Assembly (NCBI GenBank): GCA_963771175.1 | Contig: CAVYSY010000047.1 | Span: forward strand, 1-64,000 | Source: an uncultured delta proteobacterium | Lineage (GTDB): Bacteria > Myxococcota > Myxococcia > Myxococcales > Myxococcaceae | Length of the DNA stretch: 64,000 nt | Reading direction: 5' to 3' | Shown: positions 21,995 through 39,759 of the stretch, piece by piece | How positions within the stretch are numbered: position 1 is the stretch's first letter | Layout of the letters: each line of letters begins with the position of its first letter | Notes under the pieces: generated by a model | Told to the model about the DNA's origin: nothing | The model's input: the letters and a program-made list of their open reading frames with translations, nothing else | Databases searched by the model: none | Position numbers and translations under genes: made by a program

Positions 21995-22068
21995 GGCCCG
22001 TTCCGCCCGGGGCGGCGGCGGTCCGCAAAACCGTCTGTTGCCGGGTTCGACTCCCGGACAGGCCTCCA
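21995..22068 (+). tRNA. tRNA-Cys(GCA)-like gene with an atypical D arm and anticodon arm
   Basis: Acceptor GGCCCGT/ACAGGCC (one C-A mismatch), discriminator T, encoded CCA; T arm CCGGG-TTCGACT-CCCGG; anticodon arm GGCGGT-CCGCAAA-ACCGTC with GCA at 22025-22027; D arm CCGCC-CGG-GGCGG. Confidence 0.75.
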
Positions 22069-22075
22069 TCTGTTC

Positions 22076-22120
22076 AAAAAAGCACGGGCCCCGGCACCTC
22101 GGAGGTGCCAGGGCCCGTGC
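22076..22120 (-). terminator. Intrinsic terminator of the Q-rich lipoprotein gene (possibly bidirectional)
   Basis: GCACGGGCCC-CGGCACCTC-G-GAGGTGCC-A-GGGCCCGTGC hairpin with A6 on its left, which reads as U6 on the minus strand. Confidence 0.8.
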
Positions 22121-22146
22121 GGGCTCCGCGGCTGAGCGCGGCGTCG

Positions 22147-22917
22147 CTACTGCTGCGGTGACGGCTGCTGGAGCTGCCCCCCCTGCTGGCCGCCGCTCGC
22201 GCCCTGGCCGCTGCTCGTCACGTCCACGCGCACCGCCGTCGGCTCGCCGCCCACGTCCTGGTACGAGGCGCGCACCTGGTTGCCCTCCGAGATGTCCGCC
22301 ACCGAGCCCTGCTGCCCATTCACCAGCACCTGGGTCTGCTCGTTGAGCTGCAGGCGGATCTGCGGCTGCCCCGGGGCGCCCGCGCTGCTCAGCAGCAGCT
22401 CATCCGGGCTCGCGCTCACCACCCGGCCCGTCACCAGCTGCTGCTGCTGAGGCTGGGCCTGGGCGGCCTGCTGCTGGCCCTGGGCGGCCTGCTGCTGCTG
22501 CTCGGCGGCCTGCTGCTGGGCCTGCGCCGCCTGCTGCTGCTGCTCGCGTTGCGCCTCGAGCGCCTGCTGCTGGGACTGCTGGGCCTCCGCCTGGGCCTGC
22601 TGGGACTGGCTGCTGGCCTGCTGCTGGGTGCGCTGGGCCTCCTGGGACTCCTGCTGCGCCTTGGCCTCCGCCTCCTGGAGCTCCTGGCGGGACTCCTCGA
22701 CGTCCTGGCGTGCGCCGGCCACCTGCTCCTGCTCCTCGCTCGCCTTCGCCTGGGCCTCCTTGGCCTGCTCCAGCGCCTGCTCGGAGCGCTCCTGCGCCGC
22801 ATCCACCTGGGCGCGCGCATCCCCCTGCTCCTGCTGCTGTTGTCCCTGCTGCTTGCAGCCGGCGGTGAGTAGCAGCGCGGCCACCCCGGCGGACAACCAC
22901 CACGAGCTCCTGTTCAT
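22147..22917 (-). CDS. Gln-rich coiled-coil lipoprotein with a small C-terminal beta domain
   Basis: MNRSSWWLSAGVAALLLTAGC lipobox; Q/E/A-rich middle; VTGRVVSASPDELLL...LNEQTQVLVNG...ISEGNQVRASY. Confidence 0.82.
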   Translation of the reverse strand: MNRSSWWLSAGVAALLLTAGCKQQGQQQQEQGDARAQVDAAQERSEQALEQAKEAQAKASEEQEQVAGARQDVEESRQELQEAEAKAQQESQEAQRTQQQASSQSQQAQAEAQQSQQQALEAQREQQQQAAQAQQQAAEQQQQAAQGQQQAAQAQPQQQQLVTGRVVSASPDELLLSSAGAPGQPQIRLQLNEQTQVLVNGQQGSVADISEGNQVRASYQDVGGEPTAVRVDVTSSGQGASGGQQGGQLQQPSPQQ

Positions 22918-23268
22918 GGTCCTCTCCTGTCGAAAGCGTGACAGGAGGAAGATGGAGCGCCTTGTCGAGGCGCCAACCCATCCCGTCCCCTCGGGAAGCT
23001 CCTCCGGCCGCCACGGGAGGCTCGCGGCACGTCTCTCGCCCGAGCCCTCGCCCGCCCTGCCAACCCCGTCAGGGCGAGCGGCAACTCCCGGGCAGAGCGA
23101 GTGCCGCGCGAAAATTGCCACGCCACCGGAAGAATGCTCTCAGCATACACCGTTTTGCGTCCGATTAGCGAAGTTGACTGTAGTCCCCCTCCCCACAGAC
23201 GATCAGTCCCCAACGGCAGCCCTGTTACAGGGGGGGCCGCTCCATCCGTCATAAGAGGTGAAGAGCGA

Positions 23269-26321
<3,053 letters not shown>

Positions 26322-26326
26322 GGACC

Positions 26327-27746
26327 ATGAAGATCCGCAACATGAAGAAGATGACGAAGGTGGTCCTGGCGCTGTGCGCCACCGTGGGGCTCGGCGGGTG
26401 CGGCGACCTGACGGTGCCGGACCTGAACAACCCGAGCGTCGAGTCGCTCGAGGACAGACCCCGACGCGCACGGCCGTCCTCGACGCGGCCACCGGCCTGC
26501 TCATCGGGCACCGCGCGGGCACGCGCCACCCAGAACGGGTACGTGTCGCATGCTGGGCGTGCTCGGCCGCGAGTCGTACGTGCTGGACGTCGGCGGACCC
26601 CCGCTACATCAGCGAGATGCTGCCGGGCCCGGGCTGGACCCGGCAGCCCCGCCTTCGGCGGCAACTTCTGGACCAACCCCTACGTCAACATCCGCAACGC
26701 CAACACCCTGCTCAACGCGTTGGACAAGGTGACGGGCGTGAGCGAGGCCGAGAAGGCAGGCCATCCGGGGCTTACGCCAAGACGCTCCAGGCGCTGGACT
26801 TCCTGGTCGTCATCAACACCCGGGACGACGAACGGCGCGCCCATCGACGTCAACCGCCCGCTCGGCGGCGAGCTGGCCCCCATCGAGGGCAAGGAGGAGG
26901 TGCTCGCCCACATCGCCACGCTGCTCGACGAGGGCAAGGCGCACCTGGAGGCCGGCGGGGACAGCTTCCCGTTCCCGCTCAGCAGCGGCTTCGTCGAGTT
27001 CGACGACCCCAGCACCAAGAAGCCGCCCATGTCCGTGAAACCTTCATCAAGCTTCAACCGCGCCGTCAAGGCGCGGGTGGACGTGTACCGCAAGGACTGG
27101 AACCAGGCGCTGACCGACCTGGGCGAGTCCTTCATCGACGACCACCGCGCTCGCTCGACCGGGGCGTGTACCACGCCTTCAGCGCCGGCTCGGGTGACGT
27201 GACAGAACGAGCTCAACGACCCCAACATCTTCGCGAACCCGGCCCTCGTCGACGACGCGGAGAAGCAGGCGGGCTCACGAGACGCTCCTGGATGACCGGG
27301 TGGTCCGCAAGGTGAAGACGACGACGAAGAAGGGCGACCTGCACGGGCTCCAAGACAGGAGTTCAACCTCATCTTCGCCCAGTACGACACGGAGAATCAG
27401 AACGCGCCGCTGCCCATCATCCGCAACGAGGAGCTCATCCTCCTGCGCGCCGAGGCCCACATCGGGCTGGGCAACTCCCAGGCCGCCCTGGATGACCTCA
27501 ACGTCATCCGGACCGCTCGGGCAAGCTGGCCGCGCTGCCGGAAGACCTGGAGCGGCAAGCTCTTCGAGGACGAGCTGCTCAAGCAGCGCCGCTACTCGCT
27601 GCTCTTCGAGGGCGGGCACCGGTGGATCGACATGCGCCGCTACGGTCAAGCTGGAGCGAGCTGCGCCGGGAGGATCCGTCGGACGGAGTTCACCCGTCCA
27701 CGAGCGCTTCCCCATCCCGACCTCGGAGATGGACGCGCGCCAGTAG
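26327..27746 (+). CDS. RagB/SusD family lipoprotein (frameshifted)
   Basis: Lipobox [45 protein letters not shown]; directly follows susC. Confidence 0.88.
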
Positions 27747-27831
27747 TCCTCACGTGACGGGAGGGGGCCCCGCCGAGGGCTGCCACTCCCGCGCTCCGAA
27801 GCTCCGCGGGCGGGCATCCCCCGGCGCCGCG

Positions 27832-27871
27832 AAAACGAAGACGCCCGGGGGCCATGGGGCTCCCGGGCGTC
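27832..27871. terminator. Hairpin terminator between convergent genes
   Basis: GACGCCCGGG-GGCC-ATG-GGGC-TCCCGGGCGTC stem preceded by AAAACGAA. Confidence 0.65.
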
Positions 27872-27899
27872 CGGACTTCAGGGCTGCTTCAGCGCGAGG

Positions 27900-29829
27900 C
27901 TAGTAGGTGCCCTTCATCGTCACGTTGGTGTACGCGCTGTAGCCGCGCGAGCAGGCGTACCAGGTGCCCGCGCGCTCGGGCTGCTGATGGTGCAGGTCTC
28001 GGTGCTGCCGGAGAGGTACGGGCGGCAGTTGTAGCTGCTGGTCGTCGGAGCGAGCCTTGTACTTGACGTACAGGTCCGCGTCGCCCGTGGTGCCCGTCTT
28101 GCCCGTCTGGTTGAAGACCACCGAGGTCTTCCCGCTCGGCACGTCCAGCGTGTAGCAGGTCACGAGCTCGCGGCGCCCGAGTACTGGGCCGACTCCACGC
28201 CGTTGGTCAGCGACGCTGCCGCCACCACCACCGCCGGTGGTGTACGAGCCCTTCAGGCTCATGCCCGAGGCGGCCGAGTAGCCGTTGAGCTTCACGTAGT
28301 AGGTGCCGACGCTCGGGGTGGCGAAGGTGCAGGTCTCCGTGTTGCCGGACGCGTACGGACGGCAGTCGTAGGAGGAGCTGGTCGGCTCGGCGCCGAACTT
28401 CACGTACATGTCCGCGTCACCCGTGCCGCCGCTCAGGTTGAACGTCAGGTTGCTGGCGCCCGCGGGCACCGCCAGGGTGTAGTTGCAGCTCCACGCGCCC
28501 GCGTCCACGGCGACGCCGGTCACCGTCACGCCGTTGGAGAGCGTCGACCGGCGTGCACGCCGGGGGCGGCGTGCCACCACCGTCCGTCGGCGGCGGGGTG
28601 TTGCCCGTCGTCGCGCCCTTGGCCACCTCGCCCAGGAAGGCCACGGCGAGCTTGGCGAACTTCACCGAGTTGTTCGCGGTGCCGCCGGCATAGGTCAGGG
28701 TGTCGCCCGAGGTGTGGATCTGCGGGTTGTCCGTGCTCATCGTCGCCTCGAAGGGCATCGTGGCCGGGTAGCCCGCGCTGTTCCACGAGGCGTGGTCCGA
28801 GCAGCCGTAGCCGCAGGTGATGTTGGTCCACGTCAGCCCCGGCAGGTACGTGGAGATGAGGCTGGTGGTGAAGCTGTTCAGCGTGGCGTTGGTGTTGTCC
28901 GTCACCATGCCGAAGTCGTAGCTGGAGCCCTTGTAGTTGGTCATGTCCAGCTGGAGCACGCCCACCACGTTCACCGCGTTGTTCTTGTACGAGGTGGCGA
29001 TGGCGGTCGAGCCGTACAGGCCCACCTCCTCGCCGGCGTAGGCCATGAACTTCACCGTGCGCGCCGGCTGGTAGCCATTGGCCATGGCCACGCGGAAGGC
29101 CTCGGTGACGCGAGGCCACGCCCGAGGCGTCGTCATCCGCGCCCGGCGCGGCGCCGCGTGGGGCTGCTCTGGTTGATGGAGTCCAGGTGGCCGCCGATGC
29201 ACCACCACCTCGTTGGGCAGCGTGGTGCCGGTGATGGTGGCGATGACGGACGGCTGCAGCCAGGTGTGCGTGAAGAGCTGCCACCGAGACGTCCGTGCGC
29301 CCGTTGGCGATGCGTCGTCCACTGGTTCTTCAGCCAGGTGGCCGCGTCCGCGCCCGACTGCATGTTGTAGTGGCGCGTCGTCTAGTTGGTGGACAGCGAG
29401 TTGATGGTGTTGCGGATGTTGAGCTCCTGCACCCCACCCAGCATCGCGTTGACGGACGGGCCGTTGTTGATGTTGTAGTTGATGAGCGCAGGGCGCCGGC
29501 GCCAGGGAGGCGGCGGCGCGCGTCCACCTCCGCCAGGGCCTGCGCCTCCGAGTCATGGGCGATGAAGCCCGCGCACCGGTTGAGCTTGCGTGCATCACGC
29601 CCGGCGAGCTTGTCGACCTGCGACTCGGGGCAGCGCAGCGCCGCCACGCCGCCCTTCTCGCGCAGCGGGGCCGGCAGCGTCAGCCCCTGCGCCTTGAAGG
29701 CCTCGCGCACCGGCTCGGCAGCGCGTCCGTACCGATGGTGATCCACACCTTCTTCTCCTGCTGGGGGGCCTGCGCGAACGCGGGGGCGGCACACGCGAGC
29801 CACACGACGACTGGACCAAACTTCTTCAT
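27900..29829 (-). CDS. Secreted M28 family leucyl aminopeptidase with two C-terminal PPC domains (frameshifted)
   Basis: MKKFGPVVVWLACAAPAFA signal; GGHLDSIN, PGADDDASG, YAGEEVGL, QLDMTNY, CGYGCSDHASW, IHTSGDT; PPC motif GGTGDADMYVKFG...YDCRPY. Confidence 0.92.
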
Positions 29830-30024
29830 ACGCTTCTCCTCGGCGCTGGATGCTTCTTCGGGGGGATTCCGTGAGCCGGGTCTATCCCGGCACACCGGAA
29901 AGGCATTCTTATCAGCCTACACTTGAACTTATGACATAGACTGAATACCGGGAATAATTTTGAGTGTAGGATGAAGGATGCAGACCGGGAGGTCTCCGAC
30001 CCTGGTTCGTGGTAGGTCGCGGGG

Positions 30025-30447
30025 ATGCTTTCAGACGAAGCGCTCTTCGTGCACCCGGGGCTGAAGGTCCGCCCGTGCGAGTGGGGCTATGGGGTCTTCA
30101 CGGACCAGCCCATTCCCGAGGGGACCATCATCGAGGAGTGCCACTATCTCAAGGTGCCCTTCCGCGCGGTGCGCAACTCGGATGTCTCGGACTACGTGTT
30201 CAACATCGAGTGGGGCCCGCACGAGGAGGATCGGGGCGGAGAGTGGGTGGCGATCGTGATGGGGTTCGGGATGATCTACAACCACTCGCAGGAGAACAAC
30301 GTGTCCTATTACCGGGGCTTCCAGACCGGGAAGGGGACGAGGGACGTGTTCACCTTCTACGCCACGCGCGACATCGAGGCGGGCGAGCAGCTGTGCATCA
30401 GCTACGGCGAGAACTGGTGGAAGACGCGCGGCCAGGACATGCCCTGA
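30025..30447 (+). CDS. SET domain protein (putative lysine methyltransferase)
   Basis: WGYGVFT, IYNHSQENN, ATRDIEAGEQLCISYG. Confidence 0.9.
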   Translation: MLSDEALFVHPGLKVRPCEWGYGVFTDQPIPEGTIIEECHYLKVPFRAVRNSDVSDYVFNIEWGPHEEDRGGEWVAIVMGFGMIYNHSQENNVSYYRGFQTGKGTRDVFTFYATRDIEAGEQLCISYGENWWKTRGQDMP

Positions 30448-30500
30448 GCCCCCGCCCGCTCGCTTTTCCTGCACTCCCGCGCGTGCCATAACCCTCTCCC

Positions 30501-32185
30501 ATGCGCATTGGACGTCTTGGACTCGTGGGTCTGGCCGCCCTGGCGGCCTCGTGTGGCAAGGATGAGCCAGCGGAGTTCCGCGTAGGGGGAACTGTCACCG
30601 GCCTCGCCGGCAACCTCACCCTCCAGCTCAACGGGCAGGAGAGTCTCCCCCGGAATGCCGACGGGCCGTTCTCGTTCGAGACGCAGCTCGCGGACAAGAG
30701 CGACTTCACGGTGGCGGTGACCGCCCAGCCCCAGGAGCAGGACTGCTCCGTGGAGGGCGGGACGGGCAAGGTGGCCGGGGCGGACATCAGCTCCGTCCAG
30801 GTGCGCTGTGCGCCGAAGACGTACACGCTCGGGGGCACGGTGGAGGGCCTGCGCGGGACGCTCGCGCTGGGCCTCGACGGGGGCGAGGTCCTCCAGGTCA
30901 CCCAGGCAGGCCGCTTCACCTTCACGACCAAGCGCCCCAAGGGCGGCGCGTACTCGGTGAGCGTGACCACCTTGCCCCAGGGCCAGCGCTGCACCGTGTC
31001 GAACGGAAGCGGGACGGTGGCCGGCAACGTGGAGGGCATCTCGGTCCAGTGCCATGACTGGTTTGAGCTCGTGAGCACCCAGGCCGCCGGGGTGGTCATC
31101 GGACAGGTCGACTTCAACACCAGTGTTCCGAACCAGGGCGGCGCCCTGGGCCGCAACACCCTGAACGGTCCCTGGGGCAATCCGGCGCTCGCGAATGGCC
31201 GGCTCTACATCTCGGACCAGAACTCCAACCGCATCCTCGGGTTCATCGGAGTCCCCTCGGCGGATGACGCGAGCGCGGACTTCGTCCTCGGTCAACCGAA
31301 CTTCTCGAGCACCAACTACGGCGGCGGGCAGGCCGGCCTCGACACCCCGGCGGGCCTCTCCAGCGACGGCACCCTGCTGGCGCTGGCGGACACGGGCAAT
31401 AGCCGCGTCCTCCTCCACACCACCGCCCCCACGAGCACCGACGCCAGGCCGGCGCGGGTCGTCGGGCAGCCGGACTTCAACACCAACATCCCCCAGTGCG
31501 ACCAGAAATCGCTCAACTACCCGGAGGACGTCTTCATCGGCCACGGAAAGCTGATTGTCGCGGACAGCGGCAGCAGCCGTGTCCTGGTGTGGAACACCAT
31601 CCCCGCCACGGACGAGGCGCCGGCGGATCTCGTCCTCGGGCAGAGCACATTCACCACCTGTGCCGAGAACGATGCGAACGGCGATCGTCGTGCCGGACAG
31701 CGCTCCGATCCGCCTCCACGCTCTGGAACCCTACCGGGGTCTGGACGGACGGACACCGCCTCGTGGTGGCCGACAGCTTCAACAACCGGGTGCTCATCTG
31801 GAACCAGTTCCCCACCCGGAATGGGCAGCCCGCGGACGTGGTCCTGGGCCAGGCGTCCTTCACCTCGAGCGCCGCCGCCACCACCGCGACGGGGCTGAAT
31901 GCACCCACCACCGTCACCTCCACCGGTCTCCAACTCCTCGTGGCGGACAACCAGAACAACCGGGTGCTGGTGTGGAACCAGTTCCCCACCACCCAGGGGA
32001 GCCGGGCGGACATCGTTCTCGGGCAGCCGGACTTCACCTCCGCCCTCACGCACGACCCAACCACCATCGGTGGCAACCCGAGCGAGCGCAGCCTCTATCA
32101 GCCGGGCGGGGTGCTCCTGGCCTGGCCCCATCTGCTGGTGTCGGACAACAAGAACAACCGCGTCCTCGTGTTCAAGAGCCGTTGA
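30501..32185 (+). CDS. Lipoprotein with two Ig-like repeats and an NHL-repeat beta-propeller (one frameshift near 31700)
   Basis: LAASC lipobox; two xGGTVxGL...VTxQP...CxV repeats; repeated AD(S/N)xNxRVLxWN...ADxVLGQxxF. Confidence 0.85.
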
Positions 32186-32459
32186 GCCGTCCCTGCAGCT
32201 CCGCCTGCCTGGCCGCGCCCCCCCGGGGGGCTGGCCTGGCGGGCGTGAGCCGCTGGCGTCTGGGAGGGAAGCACCTCGTACTGGGAGTGTGATCCGGTCC
32301 GGGAGGTCGCCGACTATCCGATTTCCACCATCCATGTATGATTCCACTCATGGGTGGGGAACAGAGGATGGCGCGGGATTCCCGGTGGTCGGGGCTTCTC
32401 TCGTTGAGTCCTCGCATTGCCCCTGGTTCGTGAACGCTTCGTAGGGGACGTCGCTGGAC

Positions 32460-35466
<3,007 letters not shown>

Positions 35467-35470
<4 letters not shown>

Positions 35471-36681
35471 GAAGAGCCGTGAGAATGGTGATGAACAGGT
35501 CCAGGGTCGCCCTCACCGTGACGATGGCATTGCTGGCGCTGTGGGCGGAGCCAGCGGAGGCGCAGCGGTCGCGCGCCAAACAGCGGACGGGCACCGCGCA
35601 ACAGTCCGTCTCCAAGAAGAAGCCGCGCGGCAAGCAGCCTTCCACGGACGCGTCCAACCCCGAGCCCGTAGCCGCCACCCAGGAGGCCGCCCCTCAGCAG
35701 CCCGCCTCCACGCCCCCGCCCTCCTCCACTCAACAACGGATGGGCACGACGCTCGAGCCGGCGGGCAATCGCCCCTGGGCCCGGAACGTCACGAAGAATG
35801 ACCAGGAGGCCGCGTACGCGCTCTTCCAGGCGGGCAATACCCTCCTGAAGGAGTCCATCTTCCTCAAGGCCGTCGAGAACTACCGCAAGGCGCTCGCGCA
35901 CTGGAACCACCCCGCCATCCACTACAACCTGTCGCTGGCGCTGATGAACCTCGACCAACCCATCGAGGTCCACGAGCACCTGGTGGAGGCGATGCGCTAC
36001 GGCCCGGAGCCCCTGGAGCTCGAGAAGTTCGAGTACGCCCGCAACTACAAGACGCTCATGGAGAAGCAGCTCGCCCAGGTGGAGATCTCCTGTGACTCGC
36101 CCGGCGCCATCGTGACGATGGACGGCAAGACGCTGTTCGTGGCCCCCGGTCGCCACGAGGCGCTGGTGCGTCCCGGCGCGCACAGCATCCTCGCCACCCG
36201 CGAGGGCTACCTCCCCGCCGACATGAGCCGCACCATCCTCCCCGGCGAGACGACGAAGCTCGACCTGAAGCTGTACACCGAAGAAGACCTCATCCATTAC
36301 AAGCGGCGATGGTCGGCGGCGACGCCCTGGCTGGTGGTGGGCGCGGGCGTGGCCGTGGCCGCCGGCGGCGGCTTGCTCCACCTGCAGGCTCGCGACAACC
36401 TGGTTGCCTTCGACAGGGGCATCGACGAGCGCGGGGGCATCCAGCTCGCGCAGGTTCCGGACCTCCAGAGCACGCTGAACCGCGGCAACGCCTTCCAGAC
36501 CGTCGCCATTGGCGGATACGCCCTTGGCGGGGCCGCGCTGATCACCGGCGCGGTGCTCGTCTACCTCAACCAACCCCAACCCTACCGTGTCGACCCCAAC
36601 CAGAAGCAGGCGGAGGCGGTGACCATCGCCCCTCTCCTGGGTGACGGGACGCACGGTGCCCAGGCCCTTTTCCGTTTCTGA
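35467..36681 (+). CDS. Secreted TPR + PEGA-like domain protein
   Basis: Signal peptide; AYALFQAGN...YRKALA..HPAIHYNL; SPGAIVTMDG...PGAHSILATREGY; C-terminal hydrophobic segments and a terminal F. Confidence 0.8.
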
Positions 36682-36689
36682 GGTGACCG

Positions 36690-39627
36690 ATGAGACGAGA
36701 GTTCCCCTTCCACCTCGGCCACATCGCCACGCTCGTACTGGCGCTCCTGGCCCTCCCCTCCTGCTTCGAGCCCGTCAGCGTGTTCTGCCCCTCGGGCCTG
36801 GTCTGCCCCGCGGGCCAGAAGTGCGCCACCAAGCAGGACGTCTGCCTCAAGACCGACTGCGGCGACGGCATCATCCAGGCGGGTGAGTCCTGCGACGACG
36901 GCAACATCGTCGATGGCGATGGCTGCAGCCTCGACTGCAAGTCGACGGAGATCTGCGGCAACAGCGTCGTGGACGTCGCCGCGGGTGAGAAGTGCGACGA
37001 CGGCAACACCCAGAACGGAGACAGGTGCAGCGCGGACTGCCGCTCCAATGAGGCGTGCGGCAACGGCATCTCGGACACGGCCATCGGCGAGAAGTGCGAC
37101 GACGCCAACAACACCAGCGGCGACGGCTGCAGCGCGGACTGCTTGTCGAGCGAGATCTGCGGCAACAGGTACGTGGACACGGTCAAGAACGAGAAGTGCG
37201 ACGACGGCAACAACGAGAGCGGTGACGGCTGCAGCGGTGACTGCCGCTCCGAGGAGATCTGCGGCAACGGCTACGTGGACGTGGCCAAGGGCGAGGCCTG
37301 CGACGACGGCAACAACGTCAGCGGCGATGGGTGCAGCGTCGACTGCAAGTCCAACGAGACGTGCGGCAATGGCATCAAGGACACCGCCGCCGGGGAGCTC
37401 TGCGACGACGGCAACAACGTGAGTGGCGACACGTGCAGCGCCGATTGCAAGTCGGGCGAGGGCTGCGGCAATGGCATCGTCGACTCGGCCAAGGGCGAGC
37501 AGTGCGACGACGGCAACACCAGCGACGAGGACGACTGCCTCAACACGTGCGTGTTCGGCATCTGCGGTGATGGGAAGACCGACCGCGTGGAGCCGCGCGT
37601 CGAGCAGTGCGACACCTCGGTAGAGACGAGCACCTGCAACAACAACTGCACGGTGCAGAAGTGCGGTGATGGCATCGTGAACTCCAAGGCCGGCGAGCAG
37701 TGCGACAATGTCGGCCCCACGAACAGCGCCACCTGCGACAGCAACTGCACCATCGCCTACTGCGGCGACAGCTTCACCAACCCCCTGAACAGCGAGGTCT
37801 GTGACACGGGAGGCAACTCCACGACGTGCGACTCCGACTGCTCGCCGGCCGCCTGCGGCGATACCTTCCTCAACACGGCGGCGGGTGAGCAGTGCGACAC
37901 CGGTGGCGCGGAGACCTCGCTCTGCGACAGCAACTGCACGCTGGCCGCCTGCGGTGACAGCCACACCAACACGTCGGCGGGCGAGCAGTGCGATGACGGC
38001 AACGCCGGCAACGACGACGACTGCCTCACCAGTTGCAAACCCAACGTCTGTGGCGACGGACTGCGCAACACCCTGGGGCCGGCTCGCATCGAGGCCTGCG
38101 ACGACGGCAACACCACCACCGAGTCCGCGTGCCCCTATGGCACCCCCACCTGCTCCGCCTGCAACTCCATCTGCTCGGCCTCCCTGAGCCTGACGGGCAA
38201 CTACTGCGGCGACACCAAGGTCACGAACGCCGAGACGTGCGATGACGGCAACACCACCACCGAGTCCGCGTGTCCCTACGGCACGCCCACCTGCTCCGCT
38301 TGCGACGCGGCCTGCTCGGCGAACCTCAGCCTCACGGGCAATTACTGCGGCGACACCAAGGTCACGGACGTCGAGGCGTGCGACGACGGCAACACCACCA
38401 CCGAGTCCGCGTGCCCCTACGGCACGGCCACCTGCACCCCCTGCAACTCCACCTGCTCCGCCACCCTGAGCCTCACAGGCAACTACTGCGGCGACACCAA
38501 GGTCACGAACGCCGAGACGTGCGACGACGGGAACGCCGTCGACGAGGCCTCCTGCCCCTACGGCACGGCCACCTGCACCTTCTGCAACTCCACCTGCACC
38601 GCCAACCTGAGCCGCACGGGCAATTACTGCGGCGACACCAAGGTCACCGACGGCGAGACGTGCGACGACGGCAACACCACCACCGAGTCCGCGTGCCCTT
38701 ACGGCATGGCCACCTGCACCCTCTGCAACTCCACCTGCTCCGCCACCCTGAGCCTCACGGGCAGCTACTGCGGCGACAGCATCGTCAGCGATGGTGAGGT
38801 CTGTGACGAGGGCGACACGGTCGACGAGACCTCGTGCCCCTACGGCACGGCCAGCTGCACCCCCTGCAACAAGACGTGTACGGGCAGGCTCAACCTCACG
38901 GGTAACTACTGCGGCGACACCAAGGTCACCGATGGCGAGACGTGCGACGACGGGAACACCATCGACGAGGCCTTCTGCCCCTACGGCACGGCCACCTGCT
39001 CCCCCTGCAACTCCACCTGCTCCGCCACCCTGAGCCGCACGGGCGCCACCTGTGGCGACAAGGTCGTCAACGGCCCCGAGGCGTGCGACGACGGCAACAC
39101 CAACGCCTGCGGCACCTGCAACAACACGTGCATGGCGTCCCAGCTCTCGGCGGCCAGCGGTACCCTCACCTACGAGGCCAGCTCGTACAGCAGTTCCCTC
39201 AACGATCGCGAAACCTTCATGATCAGTGACGGCATCAACCCGCCCGTCACCTTCGAGTTCGACAAGAATGGGAGCTACGACAGTGCGCGGGTTCGCGTGA
39301 ATGTGGCGAACATTCTCGGGCAACCCGCTCTCGGCGAGCCAGGTGGCCACGGCCATCACGGATGCCATCAATGGCTCGGCATTCACCTTGAACATCACAG
39401 CGGTGGCCAATGCGAACATCGTGCAGCTCACGAACAACCAAGCGGGTTCGTTCGGCAACCAGGCCATCACCGAATCGGTCAACACCAGCCGCTTCACCGT
39501 GAGCGGGATGAGCGGTGGCGCTGGCTTCGACTGCTCGAGCGGCACCGGGTGCACGCGAAACGAGGACTGCGCTCCCGACCTGGTGTGCCTGGCCGACAAC
39601 ACCTGCGGAGTCGCCCCTCCTCCGTAA
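36690..39627 (+). CDS. Large Cys-rich repeat lipoprotein (myxococcal CGxG..CDDGN repeats, DUF4215-like); one frameshift near 39320
   Basis: Lipobox-like LPSC; many CG(N/D)G..GExCDDGN..GDGCS.DC units; the C-terminus continues in ORF 39301..39627. Confidence 0.9.
38097..39083 (+). repeat. Seven tandem 141-bp (47-aa) coding repeats
   Basis: Unit [47 protein letters not shown]; consecutive starts at 38097 and 38238. Confidence 0.9.
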
Positions 39628-39759
39628 GACGTAGCCAAGGCTGAGAGGCCGCCGGCACGACCTGACGCCTCCCCCGCGGGAGCCTCTGGCCGTTGCCGGC
39701 GGTGTCGTTTCCACCTTCACTCCCAGGATGGGCGCGCGCTTCGGATAGAGTCCGCGCCC

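Noticed and set aside
21961..22068. Possible tmRNA, tRNA-Sec or prophage attachment site
   Set aside because: No G3-U70 Ala acceptor or tag ORF, no UCA anticodon or long variable arm, and no integrase or duplicated tRNA 3' end in the window.
38097..39083. Regularly spaced repeats resembling a CRISPR array
   Set aside because: They are 141-bp in-frame coding repeats with no unique spacers, and there are no cas genes.
36582..39638. 1018-aa minus-strand ORF, and similar long ORFs such as 41925..44390 +, 19114..21885 +, 55487..57736 + and 60184..62007 +
   Set aside because: Antisense shadows of real genes caused by high GC3 codon bias; they show no motifs and have V/A/G/R-rich composition.
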